From Octopus sinensis (taxonomy: Eukaryota): a stretch of DNA of 64,000 bases. The stretch spans positions 32,736,001 to 32,800,000 of the forward strand of contig NC_043010.1 in the NCBI RefSeq assembly GCF_006345805.1, in the 5' to 3' direction. The notes under the pieces were generated by a model, which was not told the origin of the DNA, made no database searches, and was given only the letters and a program-made list of their open reading frames with translations. Shown here piece by piece: positions 25,869 through 39,113 of the stretch (within the stretch, counting starts at the first letter, position 1; the number at the start of each line of letters is the position of its first letter). A program made the translations under genes and the position numbers.

Positions 25869-27591
25869 TACTTCTCTGCTACACAACCTTATCTCCTTCA
25901 TAAACCCATTCCACTCAGATTGTTTCATCTCTCTCCTTACGTCCTGCTATTTACCCAATCCTTCCTCTCCAGAACTACAACTGTCTCGAATTTTCCTTCC
26001 ACTCACATTGTTGTTGCTTAGCCAGCGTTGATTGAACAGCTTGTAATCAGAATCGTCCCAACCATGACCATCTCATCTGTTTTAGACATTGCTACATTGT
26101 CCATTGACACAGAATATCATTTGCAGGAGGAAATTTGGTTGCAACTTCTAGCAGGTCGTCTCCATTTATTATTTTTTTTCACAGACATCAGTCTACGGTT
26201 GTCCCATATGAACATTAACGGCATTAATATTACCATTGTGACACATTTCCTGGTGTGACACTACCTGCACTGATCTCGCTATTGTGGAAGGGGCCGGCAA
26301 ACGATATAGACACTGTATTTTCTTCTCTGGCATATCAGTCTGGGAAGAGCTACAAAAAGATACAGGCATTATCTTTCGTTCTCTAGCATAAAAATCAGCA
26401 TCTAAAACAAAGATTGTCAGGCTAATGCACCAAGACATCTATTTACGAAATAAGGAACGACAATAGAATCCATTTTTGAAACATATTTCTTTTAATAAAA
26501 TGGCAACCATGTCCACCAAAAAGCAATTCCATTTGAGTTTAACAAAAATAGAAATAAAAAATGAAGCAATAATTTACACTATTTGAATATTTTCCTTTTT
26601 CCGTTCACATTCTTCGCAATTGACATCTGTTTGAGTGGGAAAGGAACCAGTCAACCAACTGGTGTGGCCAGCTTGAATCTCGTCGTTAATCCAACACGTC
26701 GTCCGTAAGCAAGATACTTTGCAATGCAAGTTCCCATGGTGCCGAAGTGGCATTACAAGTACAACGATTATTTGACAGAAGGTATCAACGTGAAAGTGCA
26801 AGTATCCAGGTGTTGAAAAGTCCAAATTTATGAGTGTTTCGTAATCTTGCAATGCTGAGATCAAATCTCCTCACACACACACACACACTCACACACACAC
26901 ATAACTGTATTTCAGCAGCATCCTGTCTCAACTCTTCAAAGATGCATTGTCTTCAAGTTTATGACAGGTAATGAACGATAAATGAATTAATTCTCATTCT
27001 TCTCTTTTATTTCTTATAGGCAAAATATTAAGACCAAGAGGGAGTTCTGTATAACTAAGGACCCGTGAATATTCCTGGATGCACCTTGAATATATGAGAA
27101 TGACATCGCTGTTCGTTTCATCCATGCAAATTAATATCTAAGTACCAGTACCGAGGTTGATTACAAGAATGATGCCTGTTCCAATCTTTAGAAATTGGTT
27201 TTGTACTGAATTAAAGAATATCCTTAATATTTCTGTTATTTTTGGAATCGATAGAGCATCAGACAAAATCCATCACAGTAAATGATCCGGCTTCTAACAG
27301 TCTGAGTTCAAATCTCGTCGGAATCAATCTTGCCTCTTTCATCCTTCCAAGGTCGAGTAATTAAAGTGTGAATCAAGTATTATGGTCGATTTTGTCGACT
27401 ATCGTTGAGTGTCAACATGCAACGGGCTAACAGGATAGAGTAGACGCCAAATCTCCGTGAAAACTCAGGGCTCCGACAACAGATTAAGTGACACACTTGT
27501 TGGAGGTACACTGTTGTCACGTCAGTTTCTGTGACACCATGTATCACACACACACACACACACACACACTCTCTCTCTCTCTCTTCTCTCT

Positions 27592-27623
<32 letters not shown>

Positions 27624-28206
27624 TTCGCTCTCCTTCCTGAAAACGAACTCTGCTAGAAGTGATAACTCAAACGAAAAATATTCTTATTGTTATTGGTATT
27701 AGTATTGTTAACTTTATGTGTTCACTGTTTTATTGCTTGGGAGGTAGGGGTAGTAGGGATTGGCACAGTCAGTAGAACGCCGGATAATATATCTTTTGGT
27801 AGTTAATTACATCATTTTACATTATGCGTTCAAATCTTACTGGCGTCGACTGTGAATTTCATATTTCAAGGTCCACAAAACAAAATTTTGAAAAAATATC
27901 AGTGACGTAGGTAGATTTAATCGAATATACCCATACCACCTCAAATATAAATTTAAATGTCAATTTGTTAGGAAGGAAGAAAAATATTTTAAACGTTCCT
28001 GCGTTTATAACAAACGTTAAGAAAATGTAACAGTATTTACACACGATTATTGAATGTTAGAGAGAAATTTAATGCATGCGGCATTTTGTCTCAGACCAGA
28101 AGCCAGCTTGCTGATCGTTTAATGTTGTTTTTCTTGTGCTATTTGTGTCTTATTATTATTGTTGTTTGTTTGTTTTCCGTCAATGCTCTCCTACAACTTT
28201 AGTATA

Positions 28207-28671
28207 CTATACATGTGATATTGTATGTTTTTTAACAATTTTCATTGAAGTCTGTATCTGATTTTTTTCAATATGTTTTTTACTTGACGTCACCGCTACC
28301 ACAGTGTGATCGTATTTATCGTTCGGGTTTTCACACAAACAGTTCCAACAGAACTCTGACCACGTGCTATCTTCCCTTTGAATTCGATACATTCCGTTAG
28401 TGGCCAAGGAAATCTTTCGCCCGTCCAAACTCATTTTCGAGACAGTACTTTCACTACTTTCTCGTCTCACTGGTAACGGAGAAGTATTCACAATAATTAA
28501 AGGAGGTTTCACTCGGAATATAAACCGGAAGAAACGGCTGATCTGGAAAACTGTGCTTCTTCGAATAAGAATATACACCCAGGGATCAAGAATCTGATTG
28601 AGTGAAGCAAGTCGTATCACAAGTAAATCTTTGTTCTGTATTGATGTCAACTGGTTCACAAAGACATGGAT
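28207..28671 (-). CDS. PTGER4-like: Prostanoid receptor, coding exon 4 (ECL3, TM7, C-tail, stop)
   Basis: Acceptor aaacag|ATC. Encodes IHVFVNQL...DLLVIRLASLNQILDPWVYIL (TM7 Arg and DPWxY typical of prostanoid receptors) and a Ser/Thr-rich tail; TAG stop at 28207-28209. Spliced product is about 432 aa. Confidence 0.92.
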   Translation of the reverse strand: MHVFVNQLTSIQNKDLLVIRLASLNQILDPWVYILIRRSTVFQISRFFRFIFRVKPPLIIVNTSPLPVRRESSESTVSKMSLDGRKISLATNGMYRIQREDSTWSEFCWNCLCENPNDKYDHTVVAVTSSKKHIEKNQIQTSMKIVKKHTISHV

Positions 28672-30023
28672 CTGTTTTGACAAAATGACAGCAGAAAAAG
28701 AAAAGATTATTAGAATTTATTGTCAATGTTTGTTTTATTATAACATGTTTAATAATCATTAATAGGAGGAGGAAAAGGAGGGGGAGGAAAAGGAGGAGGA
28801 GGAAAGGGGAAGGAAAAGGAAGGAGGAGGAGAAGAGACATAATCGATTGGAAAGACACAATGTATTACTAGTATTGTTACACAAATCGGCGAGAGAGCCT
28901 CAACACGATAAGTCGACTTGCAAGAAATATCGGTCTAAAATCTTAAGTTACTCGTTAAGTTCGCCTTGAAACAAACGAAACGATACACTGGAAAATGTTC
29001 TAGATACACAAAACGACAGTATGGTCGTAGATGGAACGCTTTAATCATAGGTTTGCTTAATCAGAGCTGACATGAGGCTAAGCAACAACAACTGATAGTC
29101 ATTTGCTCGACCGTAGAAGATGAAAGACAAACTGATCCCGGTAGGAGATTTGCACCTCAGAACCAGATGGTTAAAACTAAAAGTGTGACTATTTCTGTAA
29201 GTCTTTCAATGAGACTCTTTATGATATTAGTTCTCTGATGGGAGGCGAACTGGCAGAATCATTTGAATGTCAACTAGAATGGCTTACGTCAGTATTTTGA
29301 AGGAGGTAAAATACCAGTCCAGGGTGGTAGATTGGCCAGATTGTTAGAATGTTAGACTGGATTCCTAGCGGCACCTGTCTAGCTCTAAGCGTTCTGATTT
29401 CAAATCCCGTCTTCTGCCACAAAAAAAGACGAACAGACATAATTTTGTTAATTTATGATATACCACGAGAAATAACTGCGAAGTCCTGCAGGGGAACATT
29501 TTGTAAAGGTTTTAGCTGTGTGTTACTTATGAATAAGGATTGTCTATGTAGTGTTGAGTCTTTCCTTGATATGTGCATTGGTTGTGTCTTGGTGCTGTCG
29601 AGGGAAACTACGTTGTTAGGCTCTCAGTGGAAACTACTTTCAAAATCTATATTTATGGAAGTGATATTTACGTGGCGAGATGTAGATGCTACATGTGTGG
29701 AAAAAGTTAAGGAGTGAAGAGTGATGTCACCTATATCGGTGTACGACTAGATGTGGGTGTGATTAGGAGTGATAGTAAAAATATACAGAAGAGCATGCAA
29801 GGAACATATAGGAGATAACATGTGATGTAAGTATTATTTAAGCATAAGAGGCAAGACGAAGATAATATGTGGTACATGTATACATGTTAAAAATATCCTT
29901 TAAGCTAAAATCATTTGATAACTCACGATACACATAGCAGATATTATGTAGTAGAGATATACGTTATAAATATCACTTGAACCATACACAGCAGATAAAA
30001 TGTGGTATAAATATATAACTTAC

Positions 30024-30304
30024 CATAAGAGGTAGATAACACGTGGTGAATATACATGTTATCATTATCAGTTGTACAACCATTTGTATTTCTGTGTAAC
30101 GCCTACTGCTGGCAATCCTCCGTAATTTACCTGTACTCGAACTCACGACCGTCTGCTTACAACGGACGCTAATGAGCTTGCGAAGGACAGCGATATTCAA
30201 GATAACTGTCGTTAAAATGGTCACAATACCTAAAATACTGTAGAGGAAGTTGAATACCATATTGATGGCTACTTTGCTATGGTAGTCGAAGAAGCACCAT
30301 GTAC
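30024..30304 (-). CDS. PTGER4-like: Prostanoid receptor, coding exon 3 (ECL2-TM6)
   Basis: Acceptor caccag|GT completes the Gly codon to give the prostanoid-receptor ECL2 motif PGTWCF. Encodes TM5, ICL3 and TM6 (TEIQMVVQLIMITCIFTTCYLPLM). Donor ATG|GTAAG, phase 0; 281 nt. Confidence 0.92.
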
Positions 30305-30388
30305 CTGGTGAGCGAAGAGAAACAAAACAAGATAACACATTATTAAAAGTGTTAATAATAAAATAGTTGAAAGAATTAACTAACTCTG

Positions 30389-30441
30389 ACCTAAAACTAA
30401 CCCTAACCCTAAAACTAACCCCTACCCTAACTCTAACCCTA
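30389..30441. repeat. Degenerate (CCCTAA)n telomere-like tract
   Basis: ctaaaactaaccctaaccctaaaactaacccctaccctaactctaaccctaac, about 85 nt upstream of the exon 3 acceptor. Confidence 0.75.
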
Positions 30442-31104
30442 ACGTGTGTGGACAGTGAAAAAATCTGATTAAAAACAATCAAGAATTTGTAAACGATATT
30501 GTCGGGGTCCCCGTATAATTAATAATACCTCACTGGTAAAAGTAAATTACCGCCCCTTGTATCGTCCGATATCTTTGTTTATATTCGCGAGTGCCCTTTT
30601 TTCCGTTTGTTTTATTTTTTAGTATAACATATTTAAAAATAGATGAATCTTTCTAATATTTTGCATACGTCTTTTATTTTGTATATATCTTCCATTTTCA
30701 TAACTTTTTTTTTAAATTGCATTTCATTTTCTAGGAGAGGTGCGTTTCTAAAGGAGCGCCAAAGATGGATTAAAGATATGGAAAATTTAGCAATAAAAAC
30801 GGAGGAGTTAAAAGCAACGGATTGGATAATACGGCGTCATGTATAAAGCTGTCCTCTTCTCTGTGTGTGTATGCGTAGACAAAGTATCACAATAAATCTT
30901 AGGCCAACATTTTATGCAATAGATAATATTCTATGTTATATACAATATATTTATAAATAGAGAAAGAGGTCAGCTGAACTAGTTGGAGTTTCAATAGAAA
31001 CTGAATATCTTTTTTAACTGTTCACAGGGTTACTGCTTATGAATTCACTGTTTCAAAGTTTGAAGTAAACTGGATAGACCGATATATATATATATATATA
31101 TATA

Positions 31105-31149
<45 letters not shown>

Positions 31150-31574
31150 CGTTTACTTGTTTCAGTCATATAACTACGGCCATGCTGGGGGCACTGCCTT
31201 GAAAGGATTTAGTAGAACAAATCGACCCCAATAGATTTTTTTAAAAGCCTGGTACTCATTCTATCTGTCTCTTTTTGCCAAACCGCTCAGTTACAGGAAC
31301 GTAAACACACCAATACCAGTTGTTAAGCGGTGTTTGGGGACAAACACAAGCATAAAGATACACATACATACACACAAACATACACACACACACACACACA
31401 CACTTGCGACGGGCTTCTTACGGTTTCCGTCTACCAAGTCCATTCACAAGGCTTTGATCGGCCCGAGGCTATAGTAGAAGACACTTGACCAAGGTGCCAC
31501 GCAGTGGGACTGAACCCGGAACAATGCCATGTGATTGGGAAGCAAGCTTATCACCACACAGCCACGCCTGCGCT
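31150..31574 (-). mobile_element. Full-length SINE family A
   Basis: Head, body, (CA)n and tail all match family A in reverse. Confidence 0.85.
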
Positions 31575-32035
31575 TATATATATATATATATATTTGTTCG
31601 TCTCCCCGTGGCCATTAGGCACAACTTCACAAGCCAGCCCCATACTCAACTCGTCCTGTCGAAAGACCCTTGTCCTACGTCCTGGTTTTGTTTTGTTGTT
31701 TATTTTTTATTTTTACCGTTATTGTTTTACGTTTTGTATTCTTATTGGTGTGTCACGTATTCTGTATTTTTGTTTGTGTACTTCGTTCGTTTTCCGTCCT
31801 CGCGTTGTATACATTCGAAGCTTTCTTCCAGGGGATCTAATGCGCTTGGCTTAGATTTCCCTTGGCGGGCTGGCCATATCGGAGCAATCTCAAGATTAAT
31901 CAGCCGAAATTGCTAAGATGATCTGGTTCTTGACTGATGACTGAGGGCTTCGAATGTCCCGTCCTGTGGTTCTTGTGTCGTCTCTGTGGTGTTTCATGTT
32001 CTTGTCCATGTCTGTAATTATTTTTACTGTTTACC

Positions 32036-32067
<32 letters not shown>

Positions 32068-32584
32068 CTTTTTAGGCTAGTTCTATAACAGATTACTGGA
32101 ACATTAACTGTGTTTTCTTTGAAGGCTACTGTAACACAAAATTTATCTATAAATTGTAGCAAGTACGATATGTATAGACAGATGTAAACATCTTGGATTT
32201 ATAGACACTATTTCAATATCTTCGTGCAGAGAAAAAGAGGGATTAGCTGGATACACGTATACAAGCCAGCAGCCCAGCCACAAGAAGAAGTTGTTTTAAT
32301 TTCAGAGTGTACAATTAAAGAAGTTTGTAATCTGACTTCAACATTTATGACCTGTCACCGCTATCTAGATGGTTGTTCGATCTGCTGGAAATAGCAACTA
32401 AATTTCTGTTGCAACAAACCCTATAGTCTTCAACAAGGGGATGACGTATTGGCTGTAATGTAGTGCTAGAAACAAAACCGGATGGTCGTGGTTGGAAATC
32501 CTTTGATCGTAAGGCATTTAGTCAGAGGTAACTTGAAGCTAACATCAACAACAGCGACATCAACTCCCATATTTAGACAAACGG

Positions 32585-32757
32585 ATTAAGTCGATTACAT
32601 CGACCCTAGTGCGTAACTTGTACTTAATTTATCGACCCCGAAAGGATGAAAGGCAAAGTCGACCTCGGCAGAATTTGAACTCGGAACGTAACGACAGACG
32701 AGATACGGCTACGCATTTCGCCCGGCGTGCTAACGTTTCTGCCAGCTCGCCGCCTTA
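32585..32757 (-). mobile_element. SINE family B
   Basis: Reverse complement ggcggcgagctggcagaaacgttagcacgccgggcgaaatgcg...gagttcaaattctgccgaggtcgactttgcctttcatcctttcggggtcgataaattaagtac. Confidence 0.88.
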
Positions 32758-33069
32758 TCAACTCCCATAGTAACCGTAACAAAAGTATAACAAGAACAAC
32801 AACATAAAAAAGAGACAATGACGATAATGAGAAGAGGCAGAATCATGAGGAAAAAAAAGAAGGAAAGAAAAAAGAAAGACAAAAAAGAAAAACGAAAGAA
32901 AGAAAAGAATGACTATGAAATATAAAAAGAAAAATGAGAAAGAGGAAACTGACAGGTTAGGGTTAGGGTTAGGGTTAAAAAAGACAAAGATAGAAACAAA
33001 AACAAAAGCTTTGCAGGAAAAAGAAAGAAAATAGGTGAGAAAGGTTTAATGTAACAAGGAATGGAAGAG

Positions 33070-33075
33070 AAGCCA

Positions 33076-33107
<32 letters not shown>

Positions 33108-33146
33108 GAAAGAAAGAAAGAAAGAAAGGGAGAAAGAAAGAAAGGG

Positions 33147-33192
<46 letters not shown>

Positions 33193-33218
33193 GGAGAAAG
33201 AAAGAAAATGAGATAGAT

Positions 33219-33249
<31 letters not shown>

Positions 33250-33260
33250 GAGAGAAAGAG
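33070..33260. repeat. (GAAA)n/(GA)n purine-rich microsatellite
   Basis: Directly visible. Confidence 0.95.
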
Positions 33261-33393
33261 AGTGTCAATGAGTTGAAAAGCCAAAGTTGGAGCAAACAGC
33301 TGTTAGAGAAGTTAGGAAGAATTCAAAGAGTAGAAGTTTAAGAAAAACAGAAGAATTAGGGTAATGATGGAACAATAGTGTTACCCTCCACTA

Positions 33394-33436
<43 letters not shown>

Positions 33437-33464
33437 ACACACACACACACACACACATACACAC

Positions 33465-34173
33465 ACATACACAAACACGCACGCATGCGTGGTACCCCGC
33501 AATATAAGTAACCTTGACTTCGCTGCATAACTGACCAATATAACCTTTTTAGGTTTTCTGAGAGAACAAATGAAAATAACGATGACTGTTATTAGGAATT
33601 CCAGTAGGAACTGTTTTATATACTTAATATGATACTACAAGGATTGAACTATTAACCTCATCTTTTGTGCTGATATAATTGTTTGTTTGTTTGTTTTTTC
33701 ACTTATTTGATTGTTTTTCAGTATATTCCAAAAATCTTTAGGTTTCGTATTTCTGCATATACAGTAACCAGGCATTCACATCTACATACATGCACAAAAA
33801 CACACACACACCACACACCACACACACACACACATACACACACATACACAAAACACGCACGCATGCGTGGTACCCCGCAATATAAGTAACCTTGACTTCG
33901 CTGCATAACTGACCAATATAACCTTTTTAGGTTTTCTGAGAGAACAAATGAAAATAACGATGACTGTTATTAGGAATTCCAGTAGGAACTGTTTTATATA
34001 CTTAATATGATACTACAAGGATTGAACTATTAACCTCATCTTTTGTGCTGATATAATTGTTTGTTTGTTTGTTTTTTCACTTATTTGATTGTTTTTCAGT
34101 ATATTCCAAAAATCTTTAGGTTTCGTATTTCTGCATATACAGTACCAGGCATTCACATCTACATACATGCACA

Positions 34174-34180
<7 letters not shown>
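33465..34180. repeat. Tandem duplication, period about 378 nt, bounded by (CA)n
   Basis: cgcatgcgtggtaccccgcaatataag...catgcacaaaaa occurs twice and is nearly identical. Confidence 0.92.
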
Positions 34181-34253
<73 letters not shown>

Positions 34254-34260
34254 TACGCAC

Positions 34261-34291
<31 letters not shown>

Positions 34292-34309
34292 TGTATGTAT
34301 GTATGTATG

Positions 34310-34660
34310 TATGTTACCACTGTGTGGAACTTTGGGCAAGTGTCTTCTACTATATAGTCTCGAGCAGACCAAAGCCTTGTGAATGGATTTCGGAGACAGA
34401 AACTGAAAGAACCCCAACGTGTGTGTGTATTTGAGGGCGGGGTCTGCCTTTGTATCACTGTTTTTCCCCACCACTGCTTGACAATTAGTGTTGGTTTGTT
34501 TGCGTCCCCTCAACTTAACGGTTTGGCCAAACAGACCGATAGAATGAGTAACCGGCTTTTAAAAAAGTACCAAGGTCGATTCTTTCGAGTAAGAATTCTT
34601 GAAGGCGGTGCCCCAGCACGACCCTGCTGTCTAATAACTGAAGCAAGTAAAAGATAAAAG
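34310..34660 (+). mobile_element. SINE family A (5'-truncated)
   Basis: ttgggcaagtgtcttctactata...gaaactgaaagaac...tail to agtaaaagataaaaga. Confidence 0.8.
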
Positions 34661-36246
34661 ATATGAGTTAGACGTATATGTGCTAAATGCAACATATTCC
34701 GATTGATCTAATCCGAGGTACAATTCTACAAAATATTTAATCTATAGTTAATAGCAACACTTTGTTAAGATATTTAGAGTTGTGGCGTTAGTGAACTTGC
34801 TAAATATGGAGCAGTGGTAAAGAAGTCGGAAAAAATGTGCCAAACAATTAAGAAAATACTTGTTTAGTGCCATTAAATGTTAAATACATGCTTAGTAATC
34901 ATGTCTTTCTTTTAACCTCGCAGAGAAAATAGAGACCGTGTTTAAGCCATACGACTTTCAGGAGGCAGTGAAGAAATATTCAGTCAACTAATCGATTAGT
35001 TTCAGCTTTTGTTAAAACAATCGTCAGGATTCGATTACTATCCTCCGGTTGCTGAGAGAACGTAGAATAGGAACACAATTTTACAATGTTGATATGATCA
35101 TTAACGGGGATAAACCCATGAGAGAACTTTAAAAATAGCATGTGATCAGATTTGAAAGTAAACTCATGTGAATCTAAACTAGTCTTCACGTCAAGCATGC
35201 CAAAAAATGATGAAATCTAAATTCACCTCGATGTGTTGTTGCACGATATACACGTAACTTCGAGTAAGAACCTTGAAGTCCTCTAGTCTCCTATCTCAGT
35301 TAATTTCATTAATCATCACCATCTTTTTCCCGCCTTCCCTCTCTATTTCCTACTTTCCATCAGTCCCCCCCTCTCTCTCTCTTAGAAAAGGAGGAAATTA
35401 CATTAATGACGCACTGACTAAAATACTTGGATGGACAGCTGGCTTGCGTTATGCTGAGGAACTGATTTGTGATGCCCAAAGTGTTTATATCATCTACACA
35501 ACTGCAGTGCACAGTTAAGTCGATCACTTCATCGCCACTGATCGACTGATAAAGATGTTAGCAAGCTTACTATGATAATTTCAACGACACTAGTTGGTTA
35601 CAGGCCATTACCAATTTTAATAAGCAGCCTGGCAACAGGAGGTCATTTGACCTTGCACTGCCAGCACATTTATTTCCTGCTTGCTTTAGCATTGTTGGAT
35701 GAGAGGATCTTTTCCAGTACCATATATCAACCTCTCTGTAGACTGAAAATTATCTGTTTTGGAGGAATGGACATTAGTTTTGATATCACAAAGTACCGAC
35801 ATCGAAAAAGAATGAAATTGAGATGAGAGCTGTTAAGGGACATGCAGGCGCACAAAATCAACGAGATGGTATTTGGTTGGCACCTTCATGTGAACCATGG
35901 CGCTATTCCTGATTCAATTGTATTCCGGAGTTTCCCGTGTTGCCATTGTTCTTTGCACTGGTTGAGGCGGGTGCCAAATTGCAAAGTGTGCAGATAGCCA
36001 AAAGATTGACCTGAAGGGATAGCCAGCTGGAAAAAATGTTTTCCTGGGGCTAAGCACCGTCTTAATCAGGACTGCCAACTTACGTTGGCAAATAGATTTT
36101 ACTCTGTAGTGCTGTTACTACTTACTTCTCGCTCAGAGATTTAAAACTAATGGTTTTCCTCTTTACGAGATCAGTGGCTGTGTGTCACTTTAAAAGTATA
36201 AACCTCGAACAAGACCTAGCACTGCCATCTCTAGGCCAACGGTTAT

Positions 36247-36291
36247 CCTGTGCCGATGAAGAAAAATAATCCAGAAACCATGGTCCGTAGG
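36247..36291 (+). ncRNA. Degenerate minimal type I hammerhead-ribozyme-like motif
   Basis: Stem I CCTGTG/CGTAGG (two G-U pairs); core CCGATGA (U4>C); GAAAC-CATG-GTC with a palindromic loop 3 and GUC triplet; stem II is poor. Confidence 0.45.
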
Positions 36292-36822
36292 TACCGTTTA
36301 AGGCCTAGTGGTGACATTAGCTCCCTTGTTTGTGGTATAAGGACGTGTTGGTAGCCAGCTGAAAAAGATGTTTTCCTGGAGCTAAAAAAAGGTAGTAACA
36401 TCATCCAAATCAGGACTGCCAAATAACGTTTGGCAAATAGATTTTACTCTGTGGCACTGTAACTACTTACTTCTCGCTCAGAGATTTAAAACTAATGGTT
36501 TTCATATATATGTGTCCCTCATCTCCTCTCTCTACACTACACCATACGACTTTACACATCACATCATATATACATACACACGTCCAGACCTCTCATACGC
36601 ACTAATACTCTCTCATACACACACACACACACTCTTCTCATACACACACACACACTCTTGTGTTGGAGCGAGGTCATTTAACCCTATTATCTCCCCTAAT
36701 TTCGCTCTTGCGTCTCACGTTTGATCTTTGACTTCTGGCCGAAATCAGATCGCCATGTTGATTCGCTAGCCTCTGCACGCATTTTTTTTTCTCTCCTTCT
36801 TTCTGTGTTTCTTCTCTGTGTA

Positions 36823-36860
36823 TCTTTCTGTTGAAGAGCGTAGGCTCGAAACGTTAAAGA
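36823..36860 (+). ncRNA. Minimal type I hammerhead-like motif in a short Penelope-type repeat
   Basis: TCTTT-CTGTTGA-A-GAGC gtag GCTC-GAAAC-GTT-AAAGA: stems I and II pair, ACGT is palindromic, and the core has A6>U. Confidence 0.6.
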
Positions 36861-37069
36861 CTTGTTTTATTTATATTTCCTGAGCGCCATACTAATACAA
36901 TTATTTGTTTGTATTCCACCTGCCTTCGTCTTTTGTTTATTTCCGTAAACCTGCCTTCATCTTTTGTCTATTTTCATAAAGCTTCCCGTTATATATATAT
37001 ATATATATATATGTACATACACACATACACACACACACACTCACACACACACTCACACACACACACACA

Positions 37070-37145
<76 letters not shown>

Positions 37146-37628
37146 ACACACGTACACACACACAGTTGATCATATTCTGCTCACTAGGTATTGGTTAAAA
37201 TTTGACTATGATAAAAGATGCTTTCCTGAAATGTACTCAGCAACGACACAACCATGCCTGTGCCCAAAACTTCAGGTTTGTATGAAAAGAGAAATTAGAA
37301 ATAAAAGTATTCTCTTTCCAAGGACATATTTGACGTAAGCTGAACGAAATATTTTACTATGGGGAGCATTCAGCTCAGTGAGATATAAATACACCTTCGT
37401 GTTCTTTCTGTTCCCCACTCTCTTTCTCTGTCTCTCTCTCTTTTCTTCTCTCTGTTTACGTGTGTGTGCATATATATATATATATTTTAAAAACTTTCGG
37501 AAAAAGTAATTATTCCAGGTTATCAGGATATTTACTATTTTATACTTTACTAATACAAAGCAAACAGTATCAATTATAATATTATTATTACAAATTTGGG
37601 ATTTTACCAATAGGACGACGACCTCAGT

Positions 37629-37907
37629 TTCAGGACAAACTTACTTACTGGAGTACACATAGAAAATTATATCCAAAATATTAATCTAATAATATAAGCA
37701 TTTTAAAGCCTACTATAACATACAATAAGAATAAACTACATTAGAATTGATTATAAATTATTTAAACATATTTTTAAAAATTATGTATACCTTAGCTGTT
37801 ATTAGTCTGTGGAAAAAGAAGATAATATTAATCAACGCTTATATTATTAGATTAGTATTTTGGATATAATTTTCTATGTGTACTCCAGTAAATAAGGTTG
37901 CCCTGAA
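37629..37907. mobile_element. MITE-like element with ~70-nt inverted repeats
   Basis: 37629-37699 (ttcaggacaaacttacttactggagtacacatagaaaattatatccaaaata...) is mirrored at 37837-37907. Confidence 0.75.
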
Positions 37908-38228
37908 ATTGAAAATCCCAAATTTGTAATAATAATAATATTATAGAGTATACTAGCCATCTCAATATGGCTAACCACTAAGGGTAGGTGTTACTGTAGC
38001 TTTTAGCCCCAGGAGATCATCGTCTCCAGCTGGCTTTAGGCACACTTTCTGTGCCCTTATGGTATTTGAAAAGGGAGGTCATCCCTCTCTCGTCAACCTA
38101 AGTGATATTATATATATATATATATAGTTAATCCAAACATGAAAACACAAAGAGAAAACACAACAACGCGAGGATGTGGAACAAGTATAGTGTTATTGGA
38201 CGCTCAGGAAAGGAAAGAAAGAAGGAGG

Positions 38229-38263
38229 ATTTAACGTTTTGAGCGGAGCTCTTCGTCAGAAAC
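38229..38263 (-). ncRNA. Hammerhead-like motif (canonical CUGACGA, G12>A)
   Basis: Reverse complement gtttCTGACGA-A-GAGC tcc GCTC-AAAAC-GTT-aaat; it lies within a (TA)n-flanked repeat related to 24910-25000. Confidence 0.5.
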
Positions 38264-38784
38264 ATATATATATAACTGGATATTAAAACTAAGTAATGAA
38301 TTCCAGTCATATATATATATATATATATTCGTATATATGTATATGTATACGTATATTTGCTTGCATACGTAAAAATGTGTGCGAGTACGTGTGTAAGGTT
38401 TCATTTGAAATGTATTTTTTTCTTGTGACTCGATTTTCACTCCCCCGTACACATACACACAAGCATCTATACGCAGGAACAGACATACGTATACATCCAC
38501 TCATTAACGTACAATATGTGCATATATATATGCGGCGTGTGGGTGTAGATATATTATAAACGTTAATGCTAACGAATAGAGCCGGTATTGACTTCGTTTT
38601 CTTTAGATCGTTGCCATTAACGTATCACATATAAGAATACGCGTTGTTGTTAAATATGTCTGTGTATATTAGTGTTATCATTCTTTCACGCCCTCTTTTC
38701 TCCTTTCCTTTTGATTATCTTTCACAATCCATCCTTTCCCTCCCCTCTCTCTTCCTTCTTCCTGCCCCTCCTTTTTCTCTTTCC

Positions 38785-38860
<76 letters not shown>

Positions 38861-38890
38861 ATATCTATCTATCTATCTATCTATCTATCT
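38785..38890. repeat. (TATC)n microsatellite 5' of the Tx1 element
   Basis: Directly visible. Confidence 0.97.
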
Positions 38891-39113
38891 CTCTGGACAG
38901 ACAGACGCAAGTCAAATGGGCTCCACGTAAGTTGGTATTTTTGTACGTTCAAAAGTGTATATTGACAAATATTTTGTGTTTAAAAGTTGTGCAACAACAT
39001 CCACTGTAAACCTTTGATAAATATCTACACAAAATTTTTCCCCTTGTGGGCAAAATTTAAAAGAAAAAATTCTCATAGCCTTCGTGGTTTCATTTAGCCA
39101 TTTTATTTCCAAA

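Noticed and set aside
26020-26870. Higher-complexity segment with ORFs 26193-26438 and 26574-26864 (-), possibly extra exons or a transposase CXC remnant
   Set aside because: No convincing motif or splice pattern was found, and the GPCR ORF is already complete. It is at most a very old transposon remnant and needs a profile search.
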